Position numbers and translations under genes: made by a program | Assembly: GCA_004431415.1 (NCBI GenBank) | Contig: QPMI01000005.1 | Coordinates: forward strand, 1,178,001-1,242,000 | Reading direction: 5' to 3' | DNA: 64,000 nucleotides | From: Cyanophora paradoxa CCMP329 | Taxonomy: Eukaryota; Plantae; Glaucophyta | The notes under the pieces: generated by a model | Database searches by the model: none | Seen by the model: only the letters and a program-made list of their open reading frames with translations | What the model was told of the DNA's origin: nothing | In this document: in pieces, positions 63,301 to 64,000 of the stretch | Layout: each line of letters opens with the position of its first letter | How positions within the stretch are numbered: the first letter of the stretch is position 1

Positions 63301-64000
63301 GATCGCCGAGCCGCTCCAGGAGCTCTTTACCCAGTACACGGAAGAGCACCGGGCCGCCCTCCTCGCCGACGGCGCCCGGGGCTCGGACCCGGGCTTTATC
63401 TTCTGCAAGTACGACGGCGGGCCGATGAGCGTCACGGATTTACCGCGTACTTTAAAAAGGTGAGCGTACCTCGGTCCCCCCGTCGGCGCGCCCCGACGAC
63501 GACGACGCCCGCCGCCGCCAGGCGACGCTCCGCTGGACGAAGAAGGAGATCCGCCGCGCCTCCTGCGCAGCGTCGTGAGCACGTGGGTGCGGGACAAGAG
63601 CGCCGAGGGGCCATCACCGCCGACGTCGCCGACGGGATCATCCGCGGCACCGCCAAGCTGCTGGCCCATACGCCGCGCGTCGCGACGCTCCACTACGACG
63701 TGCACGCCAAGCAGCGCGAGGCGGCGACGGCGGCGGCCTGGTTCGAGCACGCCGCGCTCGAGTACGAGGCCCGCCGCGCCGAGCGGGACCGCCCGGCGAC
63801 GCCGCCGGCGCTCGAGGGGCCGCCGGCGCCCAAGGGACCGTCGCCGCGGAAGCAGAAGAAGGCGGCGGCGAGGGCGCCGCCGGAGCGCGCGAGCGCGATG
63901 GCGGTCGAGGAGCTGCCGCCGGCGCCGCCGCTCCCGTCGCCCGACTCGCCGCTGCCGGGCGGGCGGGCCGCCGCCGTCGGCGCCGCCGTCCCGAGCACCG
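60341..64000 (+). mobile_element. Intron-containing gene for an Ulp1/C48 cysteine protease fused to a tyrosine recombinase (Crypton-like YR element); runs off the window and has apparent frameshifts
   Basis: Splicing restores the protease motifs WLQDAQI, GH(61606)W|ILLAVD, WFDSLG and QTDSFQC(61893)GIW|VCFF. After an acidic linker comes a core-binding region FLRYLKDERG...TQVNYLSSI. The YR catalytic set is CPAR(63070), HK(63199)T, RLLR(63557-63568), LAH(63667) and HY(63694)D. Confidence 0.8.

Overview
This is GC-rich, intron-dense eukaryotic nuclear DNA. Most introns are about 45-90 bp, with GTGCG-type donors, frequent GC donors, CTGAC/CTAAC branch points and YAG acceptors. The style suggests a unicellular alga such as a glaucophyte, which is an inference only. 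The supplied ORF track ignores introns, so I spliced gene models by hand and exon boundaries are approximate. Genes in order: a probable extracellular protein with two variant EF-hand repeats (-); a TmcB/TmcC-like multi-pass membrane protein (-); an F-box/LRR protein (-); a BAH-domain protein (+); a ~8.7 kb gene joining a signal peptide, ectodomain, TSP3 repeat and extra TM helix to a 6-TM GYG K+ channel (-); a second F-box/LRR protein (+); an RWP-RK transcription factor with an NLP-type GAF-like domain and a cyclic-nucleotide-binding domain (+); RP9 (-); a GAF-adenylyl cyclase (+); small hypothetical proteins; a Lys-rich heptad protein (-); and MLH3 (+). The right end holds an intron-containing Ulp1 protease-tyrosine recombinase gene, probably a mobile element, that runs off the window. 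Transposon relics are a TA-flanked TIR element with a nested insertion bounded by a 20-bp duplication, and a hAT MITE with an 8-bp TSD. The best candidates for novelty are the cNMP-binding RWP-RK factor next to an adenylyl cyclase, the receptor-like K+ channel, and the Ulp1-YR element.
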